Below are positions 17,793 through 27,390 of a stretch of 64,000 nt of DNA, in pieces. The stretch comes from Candidatus Velthaea sp. (GTDB lineage Bacteria > Vulcanimicrobiota > Vulcanimicrobiia > Vulcanimicrobiales > Vulcanimicrobiaceae): contig JBEKHC010000004.1 of the NCBI GenBank assembly GCA_050012475.1, positions 1-64,000 on the forward strand, written 5' to 3'. Each line of letters opens with the position of its first letter. Within the stretch, counting starts at the first letter, position 1. A program made the position numbers and the translations under genes. The notes beneath the pieces are model-generated. The model saw nothing but the letters and a program-made list of their open reading frames with translations. It did no database searches and was not told the DNA's origin.

Positions 17793-20700
17793 ATGTCACA
17801 CGAGCTTCCGCAGGGCCTCAGCGAGCCGGCCTTCGACCCCAACGCGATGCGGGTTCTCAAAGAGCGTTACCTTGCGAAAAAGCCCGACGGCAGCGCCGAG
17901 ACGCCGACCGAATTCCTCTGGCGGGTGGCTTCGTCGATCGCCGCCCCCGAACGGCCGTACGCCGAACGCGCCGGGCGCGATGCCGACGCGGTGGTCCAGA
18001 ACGTCGCCCGGGCGTTTTATGAGATGCTCGCGCGCCGCGACTTCATGCCCAATACGCCGTGTCTGGTGAACGCCGGACGCCCGCTCTCGATGCTGTCGGC
18101 CTGTTTCGTGCTGCCCGTGCCCGACTCGATCGAGGGCATCTTCTCCAATTTGCAAGCCATGGCGCTCGTTCAGAAAGCGGGCGGCGGAACCGGTTTTGCG
18201 TTTTCCGAGCTGCGCGCGAACGGCTCGCTCGTCGAATCGACCGGAAAGGACGCGTCAGGGCCGGTCTCGTTCATGAAGGTCTTCAACGCCGCTACCGACT
18301 CGATCAAACAAGGCGGCGTGCGGCGCGGCGCCAACATGGGCGTGCTGCGCGTCGATCACCCCGATGTCTTTCACTTCATGCATTGCAAGAAGGAACTCGA
18401 CTCGGAAAACCGCGCGCTCTACAACCGCATGGCGGATACCGGTCGCTACACCGACGCGCAGCTTGCACACGTCAAACAAGAGCTGCTGCAGACGCAGATG
18501 AACAACTTCAACATCTCGATCGGCGTCACCGATGCGTTCATGTCGGCGGTCGAGAACGACAGCGACTTCAATCTGCTCGATCCGCGCACGAAAGACGTCG
18601 TGCGGACGGTCAAGGCGCGCGAGATTTGGGACGGCATCGTCGAAGGCGCTTGGCAAAACGGCGAGCCCGGCGTGCTCTTCCTCGACCATCCGGAGTGGAA
18701 TCCGCTGCCCGGACTCGGCCCGATCCAAGCCACCAACCCGTGCTTGACCGGCGACACGCTCGTCGCAGTCGCCGACGGCCGCGGCCACGTCCCGATCGCG
18801 GAGCTGGCGGCGCAGGGCGATGACGTGCCGGTTTTCTGCTACGACGATCGCGGCAGCGTCGCCGTGCGCACGATGCGGCATCCGCGCGTGACGGGCAAGA
18901 ATAAAGCGGTCCTGCGGGTCACGCTCGATGATGGCTCGGTGGTGCGTGCGACCGACAATCACAAATTCCGCCTGCGGGATGGCACGTACAAGCAAGTTCG
19001 CGACTTGCAAGCCGGCGACAGCCTCAAAATCCTGACGCGCTTCAAAGCCTCGATCAAAGATATCTTCCCGAACGCCAATTCGCGTTCGCAGGATTATTGG
19101 TGGATCAACAACGGCAAAGCGACGAATCGGCTTGAGCACCGCTATATTGCCGAGCACCACTATGCCACGAAAATTCCGGCGGGCGTCGTCGTACACCATG
19201 TCGATTTCGATGCGCAAAACAACCGGCCCGACAACCTTCGAATCATGACGAAAGCCCAGCATGACGCGCTTCACGGGCGAACGATGATCGGCGACGCGAA
19301 TCCGATGCGGCGGCGTGCGAAGACGGAGTGGTCGGCAGAGCGCCTCGCCGCTTATGCGCAAAAACATCGTGTCGCAAACTCGGGCTCGGGCAATCTCCGG
19401 TTCAGCGGCGCTTCGAATGAAGAGTTGCGCGCTGCTGCACTGGAACTGACGCTCTCCCAGGGTCATCGGTTCAGTAATGACGAGTGGATGGACTACGCGG
19501 CTGCGATGAATTTGCCGACGCAGTTCAGCGGTTGGCGCGCGAACCACCTCAACGGCGGCACCGTGGGTCTTGCCAAGTGGGCGGCGCTCGAACTTGAGAT
19601 CGGGCACATCGACGCCGATCCGCGCGTCGTGCGGCATTTGAAAGAAGCCCTGGCGGCTGGTTACGACGCGTCGATCGCCGACACGGGTGTCCTCTACGTG
19701 ACGAAGCGTTGCGAAGGCTGCGGATCGAGCTTCGATCTCTCGTACGTCAATCGTGAGATCGGGTTCTGCTCGCAGTTGTGCGGAGCGGTTACGGCAAATA
19801 AACGCCCCGACGTCATCGCGAAGCGCCAAACGTCACGCCGCGCGACGTTGGATCTTCTCGCCGGCCAACTGCGCGAAAAACAGCTCGACGTGTATACCGA
19901 ATTAAAGGCGCAAACCGGTATCGTCCTCAAACGCGACTGGCAGCGTCGTTGCGCCGAACGCGGTATTTCCGCTGAAATTTCGCGGACCAGCAGTCCCTTT
20001 CGTTCGTATTCTGCTTTGCAGGAAGCCGCTTCGACATTCAATCACCGGGTCGTCTCGGTTGAATTCGAGGGTTACGAAGACATATACAATGGCACCGTCG
20101 ATGACTTCCACAATTTCTTCATCGGCGGTTTCCCCGCGGCTTCTCGCAACGGAAAAACGAAGTTCGTTTACATAAATAACCCGCAGTGTGGCGAGCAAGC
20201 CCTCCACGGAAACGATAGCTGCAACTTAGGTTCGATCAATGTCGGTCACTTTTTCGACTCCTCGAAGAACGACGTGGATTGGGATCGGCTCGCGCAGGCG
20301 GTCGGACTTTCGATTCGCTTCCTCGACAACGTCATCGACGCGAATATCTATCCGATCGATGAGATCAAGACGATGGTTACCAACAACCGGCGCGTCGGTT
20401 TGGGGATCATGGGCTTCGCCGATCTGCTCGTTCAGTTGCGTATCGCCTACGGTTCACCGCCAGCGGTAACGCTGGCCGAAAAGCTGATGCAGTTCATGCA
20501 AACGCGAGCCGAGGACACGTCGGAAATCTTAGCGCGCGAGCGTGGTGAGTTTCCCAACAAGCATCTCTCGAAGTGGGCCGACGATCCGCGCCCGCGCCGC
20601 AATGCTGCCCTGCTGTCGATCGCCCCGACCGGAACGATCTCGATGATCGCCGGCTGCAGCTTCGGCTGCGAACCCTACTTCGGCATCGCCTACACCAAGC

Positions 20701-21248
20701 ACGTCATGAAAGACGCCGAAGGTCGTCCGCAACACCTGTACTACGTCTTGCCGCTCTTCGAAGAGATCGCGAAGGACGAAGGCTTCTTCTCCGACGCGCT
20801 GCTGGCCAAGGTCGAAGAAAACCGTGGCTCGCTCAAAGGCATCGCCGAAGTACCGGCGCTGTGGCAGGAAGTGTTCACGGTTGCCGCCGACGTGACGGTC
20901 GATCAGCACATCGACATGCTGGCCGCCTTTCAAAAATATACCTGCAATGCGGTTTCGAAGACGATCAACGCGCCCAACGACGACACGCGCGAAAACGTCG
21001 CCCGTTCGATCTTCCGTGCGTACCGATCCGGCTGCAAGGGCTTTACCTACTATCGCGACGGCTCGCGCACCGAGCAAGTCGTCACCTTCTCGAAAGATGC
21101 CGATATCTCGGGAGTCAATCGGGACGCCGGCGAAAACTCATCAGCCAACGCGGTCTCGGCAGCTGCGGCGATCGTCAAAGATGCGAGTGCGGCAGATCCG
21201 CTCGAGGCGCTGCTCGCGCGAGCCCAAACCCTCCTTGGAGAACACTAG
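17793..21248 (+). CDS. nrdJ: Class II (adenosylcobalamin-dependent) ribonucleotide reductase NrdJa, intein-containing precursor
   Basis: FMPNTPCL.NAG, LSACFV, GGGTG, RRGANMG, NP|CGEQ, SCNLGSIN, IAPTGTIS, VSKTIN, KGFTYYRDGSR; no small-subunit gene nearby. Confidence 0.93.
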   Translation: MSHELPQGLSEPAFDPNAMRVLKERYLAKKPDGSAETPTEFLWRVASSIAAPERPYAERAGRDADAVVQNVARAFYEMLARRDFMPNTPCLVNAGRPLSMLSACFVLPVPDSIEGIFSNLQAMALVQKAGGGTGFAFSELRANGSLVESTGKDASGPVSFMKVFNAATDSIKQGGVRRGANMGVLRVDHPDVFHFMHCKKELDSENRALYNRMADTGRYTDAQLAHVKQELLQTQMNNFNISIGVTDAFMSAVENDSDFNLLDPRTKDVVRTVKAREIWDGIVEGAWQNGEPGVLFLDHPEWNPLPGLGPIQATNPCLTGDTLVAVADGRGHVPIAELAAQGDDVPVFCYDDRGSVAVRTMRHPRVTGKNKAVLRVTLDDGSVVRATDNHKFRLRDGTYKQVRDLQAGDSLKILTRFKASIKDIFPNANSRSQDYWWINNGKATNRLEHRYIAEHHYATKIPAGVVVHHVDFDAQNNRPDNLRIMTKAQHDALHGRTMIGDANPMRRRAKTEWSAERLAAYAQKHRVANSGSGNLRFSGASNEELRAAALELTLSQGHRFSNDEWMDYAAAMNLPTQFSGWRANHLNGGTVGLAKWAALELEIGHIDADPRVVRHLKEALAAGYDASIADTGVLYVTKRCEGCGSSFDLSYVNREIGFCSQLCGAVTANKRPDVIAKRQTSRRATLDLLAGQLREKQLDVYTELKAQTGIVLKRDWQRRCAERGISAEISRTSSPFRSYSALQEAASTFNHRVVSVEFEGYEDIYNGTVDDFHNFFIGGFPAASRNGKTKFVYINNPQCGEQALHGNDSCNLGSINVGHFFDSSKNDVDWDRLAQAVGLSIRFLDNVIDANIYPIDEIKTMVTNNRRVGLGIMGFADLLVQLRIAYGSPPAVTLAEKLMQFMQTRAEDTSEILARERGEFPNKHLSKWADDPRPRRNAALLSIAPTGTISMIAGCSFGCEPYFGIAYTKHVMKDAEGRPQHLYYVLPLFEEIAKDEGFFSDALLAKVEENRGSLKGIAEVPALWQEVFTVAADVTVDQHIDMLAAFQKYTCNAVSKTINAPNDDTRENVARSIFRAYRSGCKGFTYYRDGSRTEQVVTFSKDADISGVNRDAGENSSANAVSAAAAIVKDASAADPLEALLARAQTLLGEH
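18741..20186 (+). mobile_element. Intein (482 aa) with HNH homing endonuclease
   Basis: Block A CLTGDTLV, block B ATDNHKF, HNH (VHHVDFDAQNNRPDNL..H..H), block F YNGTVDDFHNF, ends NNPQ before +1 Cys. Confidence 0.92.
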
Positions 21249-21250
21249 TC

Positions 21251-22105
21251 GTGGATGAAACAGCAGTCAAAGCAGCCCTCGCCGGATTGATCTCGCGCGT
21301 CGAAACGCTCGAAGCCGAAAACGCCCGGTTGACGTCGCTCAACGCGCAGTGCGCGACGACGGTACGCAAGCTCGTCGAACGCGTCGAAAACGTGCAGGCC
21401 GTCAACGCGGAACTCAAGGTCAAAATCAATCCGGCGGCAGCAGCGGTCCGGGCCGGCGTCGCGTATCGCAAACGGCCGGCGGTGCTGCGCGGCCGCACGG
21501 TTCAGTCCAACGTCGGTTGCGGACCGCTCTATATCACGCTCAACGAAGACGAAAACGGGAAGCCGTTCGAGGTCTTTTTCAAACTCGGCAAGTCCGGTTC
21601 GTGCCAGCAAAGCTATCTCGAGGCGCTGGGCGTCGCGATGTCGGTCGGACTGCGCTACGGCGCCGATCCGCAAAAGTTCATCGACAAATTCGAGGGCATG
21701 CGGTGCCCGAACCCCAAGATGCGCAACGCCGAAGGCCCGACGACCCTCTCCTGCGCCGACGGTATCTCGCAAGGACTCGCCAAAGCGCTGGCGCTCGCTC
21801 TTCCCGGCACCGATCCGCAGGTTGCCCACGAAGCCGACGTCGTCGCCGTAGCCGAGCCGCTTTTCCCTTATCCCGCCGAGGACAAACACGAAAGCAGCGT
21901 CAACGCGAAGTCGATCGACCTGATCGGCCATACCGGTTTATCAAACGGACATTCCGCGGCAAACGGCGGCGACGGAGCGATCAACGTGCGCCGTGCCATG
22001 CAAACCGGCGTGGGCATGTGCCCCAAGTGCAGCGGTCCGCTCATCAGTCAAGGCGGCTGCATTCAATGCCTGCAGCAATGCGGCTACGTCGGAAAGTGCT
22101 CGTAG
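21251..22105 (+). CDS. NrdJb-like TSCPD domain protein with C-terminal Cys cluster
   Basis: GCGPLYITLN, PFEVF..GKSG, LSCADGI, CPKC..GGCIQC..CGY..KC; GTG 2 nt after the nrdJa stop. Confidence 0.88.
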   Translation: MDETAVKAALAGLISRVETLEAENARLTSLNAQCATTVRKLVERVENVQAVNAELKVKINPAAAAVRAGVAYRKRPAVLRGRTVQSNVGCGPLYITLNEDENGKPFEVFFKLGKSGSCQQSYLEALGVAMSVGLRYGADPQKFIDKFEGMRCPNPKMRNAEGPTTLSCADGISQGLAKALALALPGTDPQVAHEADVVAVAEPLFPYPAEDKHESSVNAKSIDLIGHTGLSNGHSAANGGDGAINVRRAMQTGVGMCPKCSGPLISQGGCIQCLQQCGYVGKCS

Positions 22106-22324
22106 AACGGCGATTTTGCGTATTTGATGTTACACACCCGAGCATTAATTTGAGCGTTGAGTAGCCCAAGACACGACCGGAAGTTTTTGCACCAAAAACA
22201 AGCCGACCCGGACAACAGCAAAGTGCAACGCTGGTTCGGAATAAACTGGCGGTTGGTGACACGTTACTGTTGTGTCCCCCCCATGCACCATTTCGCCATG
22301 CGCAACCAACCAGGCCGACTAGCC

Positions 22325-22350
22325 CTCTCGGAAACGGTGGTTTTCGGGAC
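22325..22350 (+). other. Serine recombinase crossover-like site (hix/gix/res-I type), left copy
   Basis: CTCTCGGAAACG-GT-GGTTTTCGGGAC, 12-2-12 layout. Confidence 0.6.
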
Positions 22351-22480
22351 GGGACTCTTCCGCCGTAGGCCATCGCTGATGCCGACTCAGGTGCGGGAGG
22401 CCCTGAAAATGCTTGAGAAGAGGGCTATCAACTCTTTCGGAGGCAAGAGCTTGCCCTATTCCCCCGTAGTTCCGCATGAT

Positions 22481-23668
22481 GTGCGTTCATCAAGACGTCG
22501 GTCCGGCCATGCGGTCGTGCGATTCTCCCAGCGGGCCGCGCTAAGCCTGACCGCCGTCGTCGCGTTCGCCGTCAGTGCATCGATCTCGTCACCTCGCGCC
22601 GCAGCCCAAGCCGCGCCGATCTCGCATTTGCAGGGCGTGTTCTCGCCCGTAGTGACGAGTCGGCTCAACGCGGCGTTTCGCGGTTATCTCCGCTCTCACG
22701 CGCTGCCCAGTGTGGCGGTCGGGGTGTGGGAGCCCGGAAAACGCCCTTTCATCTTCGTCGCGGGCGATGCCGATCTCTATCCGCCGGCAAGCCGCACCCC
22801 GGGCCAGCCGTTCCGCATCGCGAGCATCACGAAAACATTCGTCGCAGTCGCGATCCTCCAACTCGTGGAAGCCGGTACGTTACACAAATTCGACACGATG
22901 GCGCGCTTCTATCCGGCATTCCCGAACGCTGCGAGGATCACGCTTGACGACCTGCTCCGCATGCGCAGCGGAATAGCTGCGCCGAACGACGACGCGGTCC
23001 TGGCCGCGGTCTACGACCATCCGACCGCGGCGGCGCCGACACCCGATCAGCAAATCGCCGAAGTTATGCCGTTGCGGGAAAAGTTCGTCGCACCCGACAC
23101 CGTCGGGAAATACACCGACCTGAACTACGTTATTCTCGGAGAAATGGTACGCAAGACGACCGGCTACGACATTGGGTACTACATCAAACGCGGGATCATC
23201 GAACCGCTGCGCTTGCACTCGACGTCGTATCCGACCACCGATGATTTGCCGGGCGGGCTGCACGGTTACGGCTGGGACCGCGCGCGCCGGCGCTTCGACG
23301 ACAAGACGCTATTCAATCCCGCTCTCGCCGGGCCGGCGGGCGCGATGATTTCCAGCCTGGATGATCTGCACGCGTTCGCGCGGGCGGCCTGCCGAGGCGG
23401 ACTCGTCTCGGCGGCGCTTCACCGCGCGATGCTCCAGGGTCAGCCACTGGCCGGCACGGCCAATCGCTATGGGGAAGGCTTTCTCAGTAAAGGCGGGATC
23501 TGCGGGCATTCGGGAACAATCAACGGCTTCAACACCGACATGTACCACTTTGCTAAGATCGACGCGACCGTCGTCATTAGCGTCAACCGCCTCGACAAGG
23601 ACAACCAGCCGCGAACGACGCCGTTCTTGATGGCCATCTTCAAGGCGTTGACGCAACACACGCGTTGA
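22481..23668 (+). CDS. Serine hydrolase, beta-lactamase/D-Ala-D-Ala peptidase family, secreted
   Basis: FRIASITKT (SxxK), LLRMRSG, YTDLNY, GHSG; start approximate. Confidence 0.88.
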   Translation: MRSSRRRSGHAVVRFSQRAALSLTAVVAFAVSASISSPRAAAQAAPISHLQGVFSPVVTSRLNAAFRGYLRSHALPSVAVGVWEPGKRPFIFVAGDADLYPPASRTPGQPFRIASITKTFVAVAILQLVEAGTLHKFDTMARFYPAFPNAARITLDDLLRMRSGIAAPNDDAVLAAVYDHPTAAAPTPDQQIAEVMPLREKFVAPDTVGKYTDLNYVILGEMVRKTTGYDIGYYIKRGIIEPLRLHSTSYPTTDDLPGGLHGYGWDRARRRFDDKTLFNPALAGPAGAMISSLDDLHAFARAACRGGLVSAALHRAMLQGQPLAGTANRYGEGFLSKGGICGHSGTINGFNTDMYHFAKIDATVVISVNRLDKDNQPRTTPFLMAIFKALTQHTR

Positions 23669-23927
23669 AACTCGGCTCGCGTGCGAGTCATGTCGGCATC
23701 GGGGTGTGGCCTCGATCAGGCCCGGGCGCGAGCGTCAGTGCGTCGCGATCGATGCGCGAGATGTCCGCCGGGAGCTCCTGGTCTGCGCACACGCGGACGA
23801 TCCCGGGCGTCGCTCGACGGCGGTGTGCTCGCGAAGCATCGGAGGGTCGACGTCAAGGGACGCACCGGCGATGAGGGCAAAGGGGGCGGCACCGTTCAGG
23901 GGGCGGGATGCGCTAGAGCTGCCCCCG

Positions 23928-25256
23928 CTAACCGATGTTTGGGTACATGTCGGTCGTCGGCCACTGCGTGATGGAGTAACCCGCAGCGGTGAGCTGGTGC
24001 TCGACGTCGAGGCCCATGACGTCGACATTGAAGGCGAGATGGTTGAAGAGCGCGACGAACGTGATGTCTTCTTCAAGCCGGAATATGACTGACAACGTGC
24101 CGAGCGAGATCGCGCCGGCATGGGACTGGACGACGCGCGCGGCCGGATTGACGTCCCATCCCAGCCCGTAGTATGGTCCGGTCGGCGTGATCGACGGCCG
24201 GGCCAGCATGATTTTGATCGTTTGGCCTGACAACAGTTGGGGCTTCGTCGTCCCGTTCACGGCATTGAGGAAGCGTGTGAGGTCGGGCGCATTAGCGATG
24301 CCGCCGCCGTGCGCGTCTATCGCTCGTCCGTCGAATCCGCCGTACGAATAGAATTCAGGCAGCGGATCGTCATTGTATATCGAATACCCCGGGAGCGCGT
24401 CCGCCGAGTCGAAGTAGTAGACTTCGTCGTGGAGCCGCGCCTGCGGCGACGTGCGGGTCATCAACGCAAAATGACTGATGCCCGCTGGGTCCAAAACGAG
24501 CGCTTTGAGCGCCGCGCCGTACGATAGTCCAGTTCTTCGTTCGAGAATGCGCCCTAAGATGTTGTAACCCAGGTTGGAATAGCTGTAGACTCTTCCGGGC
24601 GTAAACGCTAAAGGCTGGCCCATCGCCCAGCGGATCAGATCGACGGACGTCGCCGGGTAGGGGTGGTGAAACACGTTCGCGGCCAAGCGCAGACCATCGA
24701 ACTGCGGATCGAACCCGGCGGCATTCGGGTACTCAAAGCCGCCCGTATGCTGGAGCAGCTGATAGATGGTGATGTCGGCCAAACGAGGATCGGGCGTAGT
24801 CCCGGGCGGCGGCGTGAAATCGTTGAGAATGCTGAAGGCGCGGTCGGTGAGCTGTAGCTTGCCAGCTTGCACGAGCCGCAGGATCGCCACCGCGGTAAAG
24901 GGTTTGGTACTGCTCGCGATACGAAAGCGTGCCGTCGGTGAGACGAGCGGCGTTGGACTTTGCGCCGGCACGTTGACGTAACCGAAGCCGCGGGCGTACA
25001 CGAGCCGCCCACCTTTGGCGACCGCGCACTGGCCGCCGGGAACGCCGTAGCTCTGCAGCAGGCCGGTCATCACGCGGTCGAATACCGCGAGTTCCGGCAC
25101 CGCGCGGCCGGTGATTGGGACCGTCGACGTCCACATCGGTGCGGCGAGAGGTGCGGCGGATGCGGCGGCAACTGCTGGTGCGAGCGCAGCACCGCCCGCA
25201 ACCGCGGGTGCGAGCGCGACCGACGTCGAGGTCGCAAGAAAATTGCGTCGCTTCAA
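23928..25256 (-). CDS. Serine hydrolase, beta-lactamase family, Tat signal
   Basis: TTG start with GGAG RBS, KRRNFL twin-arginine, FRIASSTKP, LLQHTGG, YSNLGY. Confidence 0.9.
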   Translation of the reverse strand: MKRRNFLATSTSVALAPAVAGGAALAPAVAAASAAPLAAPMWTSTVPITGRAVPELAVFDRVMTGLLQSYGVPGGQCAVAKGGRLVYARGFGYVNVPAQSPTPLVSPTARFRIASSTKPFTAVAILRLVQAGKLQLTDRAFSILNDFTPPPGTTPDPRLADITIYQLLQHTGGFEYPNAAGFDPQFDGLRLAANVFHHPYPATSVDLIRWAMGQPLAFTPGRVYSYSNLGYNILGRILERRTGLSYGAALKALVLDPAGISHFALMTRTSPQARLHDEVYYFDSADALPGYSIYNDDPLPEFYSYGGFDGRAIDAHGGGIANAPDLTRFLNAVNGTTKPQLLSGQTIKIMLARPSITPTGPYYGLGWDVNPAARVVQSHAGAISLGTLSVIFRLEEDITFVALFNHLAFNVDVMGLDVEHQLTAAGYSITQWPTTDMYPNIG

Positions 25257-25422
25257 GTGATTCTCCGTTCGATGGGCGGATCGCCGGATGATGTGCGGAC
25301 GCGCGACACGATCACTTTCCGACCGGCGCGCTGCTACTTTACCGCGTGCGAAATCGAGCCTCCTATCGCACTCTCGCTCGCCGAGACAATAATCCGCGTA
25401 CTCAGTACGCCAGCGGATTTCT

Positions 25423-25545
25423 GTCCCACAAACGGTGGTTGCTGAGAAGGCTCCGGAGCATGGCGAGCCTATCGGCAGAATAAGGGCCTGGTCTTCTCGA
25501 AAACCTTTCTCGATTGTGTATTCTCGATCACACGGCTTTCGAGAA
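25423..25545 (+). other. res site of adjacent resolvase (site I 25423-25448 plus accessory sites)
   Basis: GTCCCACAAACG-GT-GGTTGCTGAGAA followed by TTCTCGA...TCGAGAA half-site repeats directly upstream of the recombinase. Confidence 0.65.
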
Positions 25546-25556
25546 TGCGGGCCGGG

Positions 25557-26114
25557 ATGCTGATCGGCTATGCCCGCGTCTCGACTCAGGATCAAAACCT
25601 GGATCTTCAGCGAGAAGCTCTCAAGCAGGCCGGTTGCGAGAAAATCTTCGAGGACCAAATCAGTGCGGTTCGCGCAGAACGACCGGGCTTGACCCGCACC
25701 TTGGAGCTCGTGCGGGCCAGGGACGTCCTGGTCGTTTGGAAGCTCGACCGTGTCGGACGGAGCGTCAAAGTTCTCGTGCATCTCGTTGGCGAGCTGGCCC
25801 AGCGCGACGTCTACTTCAAGAGCCTCACCGACAGCATCGACACGAGCACGCCGGCTGGACGCTTCTTTTTCCACGTCATGGCCAGCCTTGCGCAAATGGA
25901 ACGTGAGCTCATCATTGAACGCACCCGTGCTGGCCTTGCGGCAGCCAAGAAACAGGGTCGCGTGGGCGGTCGTAAGCGGCGTATGACCGACAGTCGGATT
26001 GAATCCGCCAAGAAGTTGCTCGCCAACGGCGTTCCGCCCAAGGACGTCGCACGAAACCTCGGCGTGTCGGTTCCGACACTGTATCGCTGGGTGCCGGCTT
26101 CATTGGCGCAGTGA
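25557..26114 (+). CDS. Serine recombinase (resolvase/invertase, TniR/Hin-like)
   Basis: MLIGYARVST, VWKLDR.GRS, ERELIIERTRAGL, C-terminal HTH. Confidence 0.95.
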   Translation: MLIGYARVSTQDQNLDLQREALKQAGCEKIFEDQISAVRAERPGLTRTLELVRARDVLVVWKLDRVGRSVKVLVHLVGELAQRDVYFKSLTDSIDTSTPAGRFFFHVMASLAQMERELIIERTRAGLAAAKKQGRVGGRKRRMTDSRIESAKKLLANGVPPKDVARNLGVSVPTLYRWVPASLAQ

Positions 26115-26121
26115 TCTTCTC

Positions 26122-26730
26122 GTGCTTGATATCGACATCGAACAACCGCGCGAACGATGGAGGCTTTTGCCGGCGGAGCGCGGCCTCGTCGAAAGCAAGA
26201 ATCTCTCCAATCAACTGACGTTCGCCGTTCTGCTCGCGTTTTTTCTGGATGCCGGGCGCTTCCCTCGATCCGACGCCGAGATCGATCCCGAGATGGTCGA
26301 TGCGCTGGTGCATCAGTCCGATTTGCATGATGAGATTGCATCGTACGAAACCGCTCTCACCCGTACGGTAAAGCGAAATCGTGCCGAAATCCGCGCGTTC
26401 TTTGGTTTCCGCGAGACGTCCGTGGAGGACGGTGAAGCCTTGTCGGCATGGTTGCGGGATCACGCGGTTGCCCAGAATCGTGACGTAATCGAGCTCGGGG
26501 CAACACTTGAGGGAGAATGCCGCCGACGTCATCTTGAGCCTCCGGCTGCCGATCGCATCGATCGCATTGTCCGATCGGCACTCTCCATGTACGAAGAGCT
26601 TCCAGGCGCGAACCCTCGATCGTCTTTCTCCGCTCATCCGCGCCCGTTTAGATGCTTTGCTCTTGCCGGCGGACGGCGACGCAGCAGCGGACGGTCCGGT
26701 CGACGTCGCTGGAAGTGGCGCGCCGCTGTC
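26122..26730 (+). pseudogene. Tn3-family transposase N-terminal (DUF4158-like) fragment, frameshifted
   Basis: WRLLPAERGLV..NQLTFAVLLAFF..GRFP, EIRAFFGFR, EPPAADRIDRIVRSA; shift near 26600. Confidence 0.75.
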
Positions 26731-27390
26731 GCGAAGCGCAGTTGCACGCGCCGAACGGCAATACGATTCAGGTCCGAATCGCGGCGATTCCAGATCGGGA
26801 ACGCCTGGGTCGCCGGTCTCATCGCAAGGCTGCGGTCGATCAGTTTGCGCCACGGCCGGGCGTGTTCGACAGCGCACAACGACCGCTGGACCTCGTGCAA
26901 ATCGACCATACGAAGCTCGATATCATCGTGGTCGACGATGAGCAACGCCTGCCCATCGGGCGGCCGTGGATCACGCTGGCCATCGACGTGTACAGCCGCA
27001 TGGTGGCAGGCTTTTACGTCTCGCTCGATCCGCCCGGCGCGATTGCGACAGGGTTATGCATCGCCCACGCCACGCTGCCCAAAGAAGCCTGGCTTGCAAA
27101 GCTGGGGGGCGGCGGGCAGTGGCCGTGCTGGGGACTTGCGCCGGGTGTGCGAGCGATACGGCATCGTGCTCGAGTACCGGCCGGTAGCGCAACCGCACAT
27201 GGGTGGTCATATCGAGCGACTGCTGGGAACGCTCACGGGCGCGCTGCATGAGTTACCCGGTGCGACGTTCTCGAGTCCGCAGCAGCGTGGCACCTACAAT
27301 TCCGATGCTGCGGCCGTGATGACGCTGCGCGAAATCGAACGGTGGCTCACCCAGTACATCGTCGGTGTCTATCACGCCAAGCAACATCGC
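26731..27390 (+). pseudogene. TniA/TnsB-like DDE transposase internal fragment
   Basis: VQIDHTKLD, GRPWITLAIDVYSRMVAG, WPCWG then GGHIERLLGT, LPGATFS; internal deletion and frameshift. Confidence 0.85.

Noticed and set aside
22106..22130. tRNA or att direct repeat at the island boundary
   Set aside because: No tRNA fold, and no matching repeat seen near 48600
22325..25448. Invertible (phase-variable) segment
   Set aside because: Both sites carry the asymmetric GT core in the same orientation, which predicts excision or integration rather than inversion
23928..25895. 655-aa extended serine hydrolase
   Set aside because: The N-terminal 200 aa are antisense to the resolvase and res site; the real start is the TTG at 25256 with RBS and Tat motif
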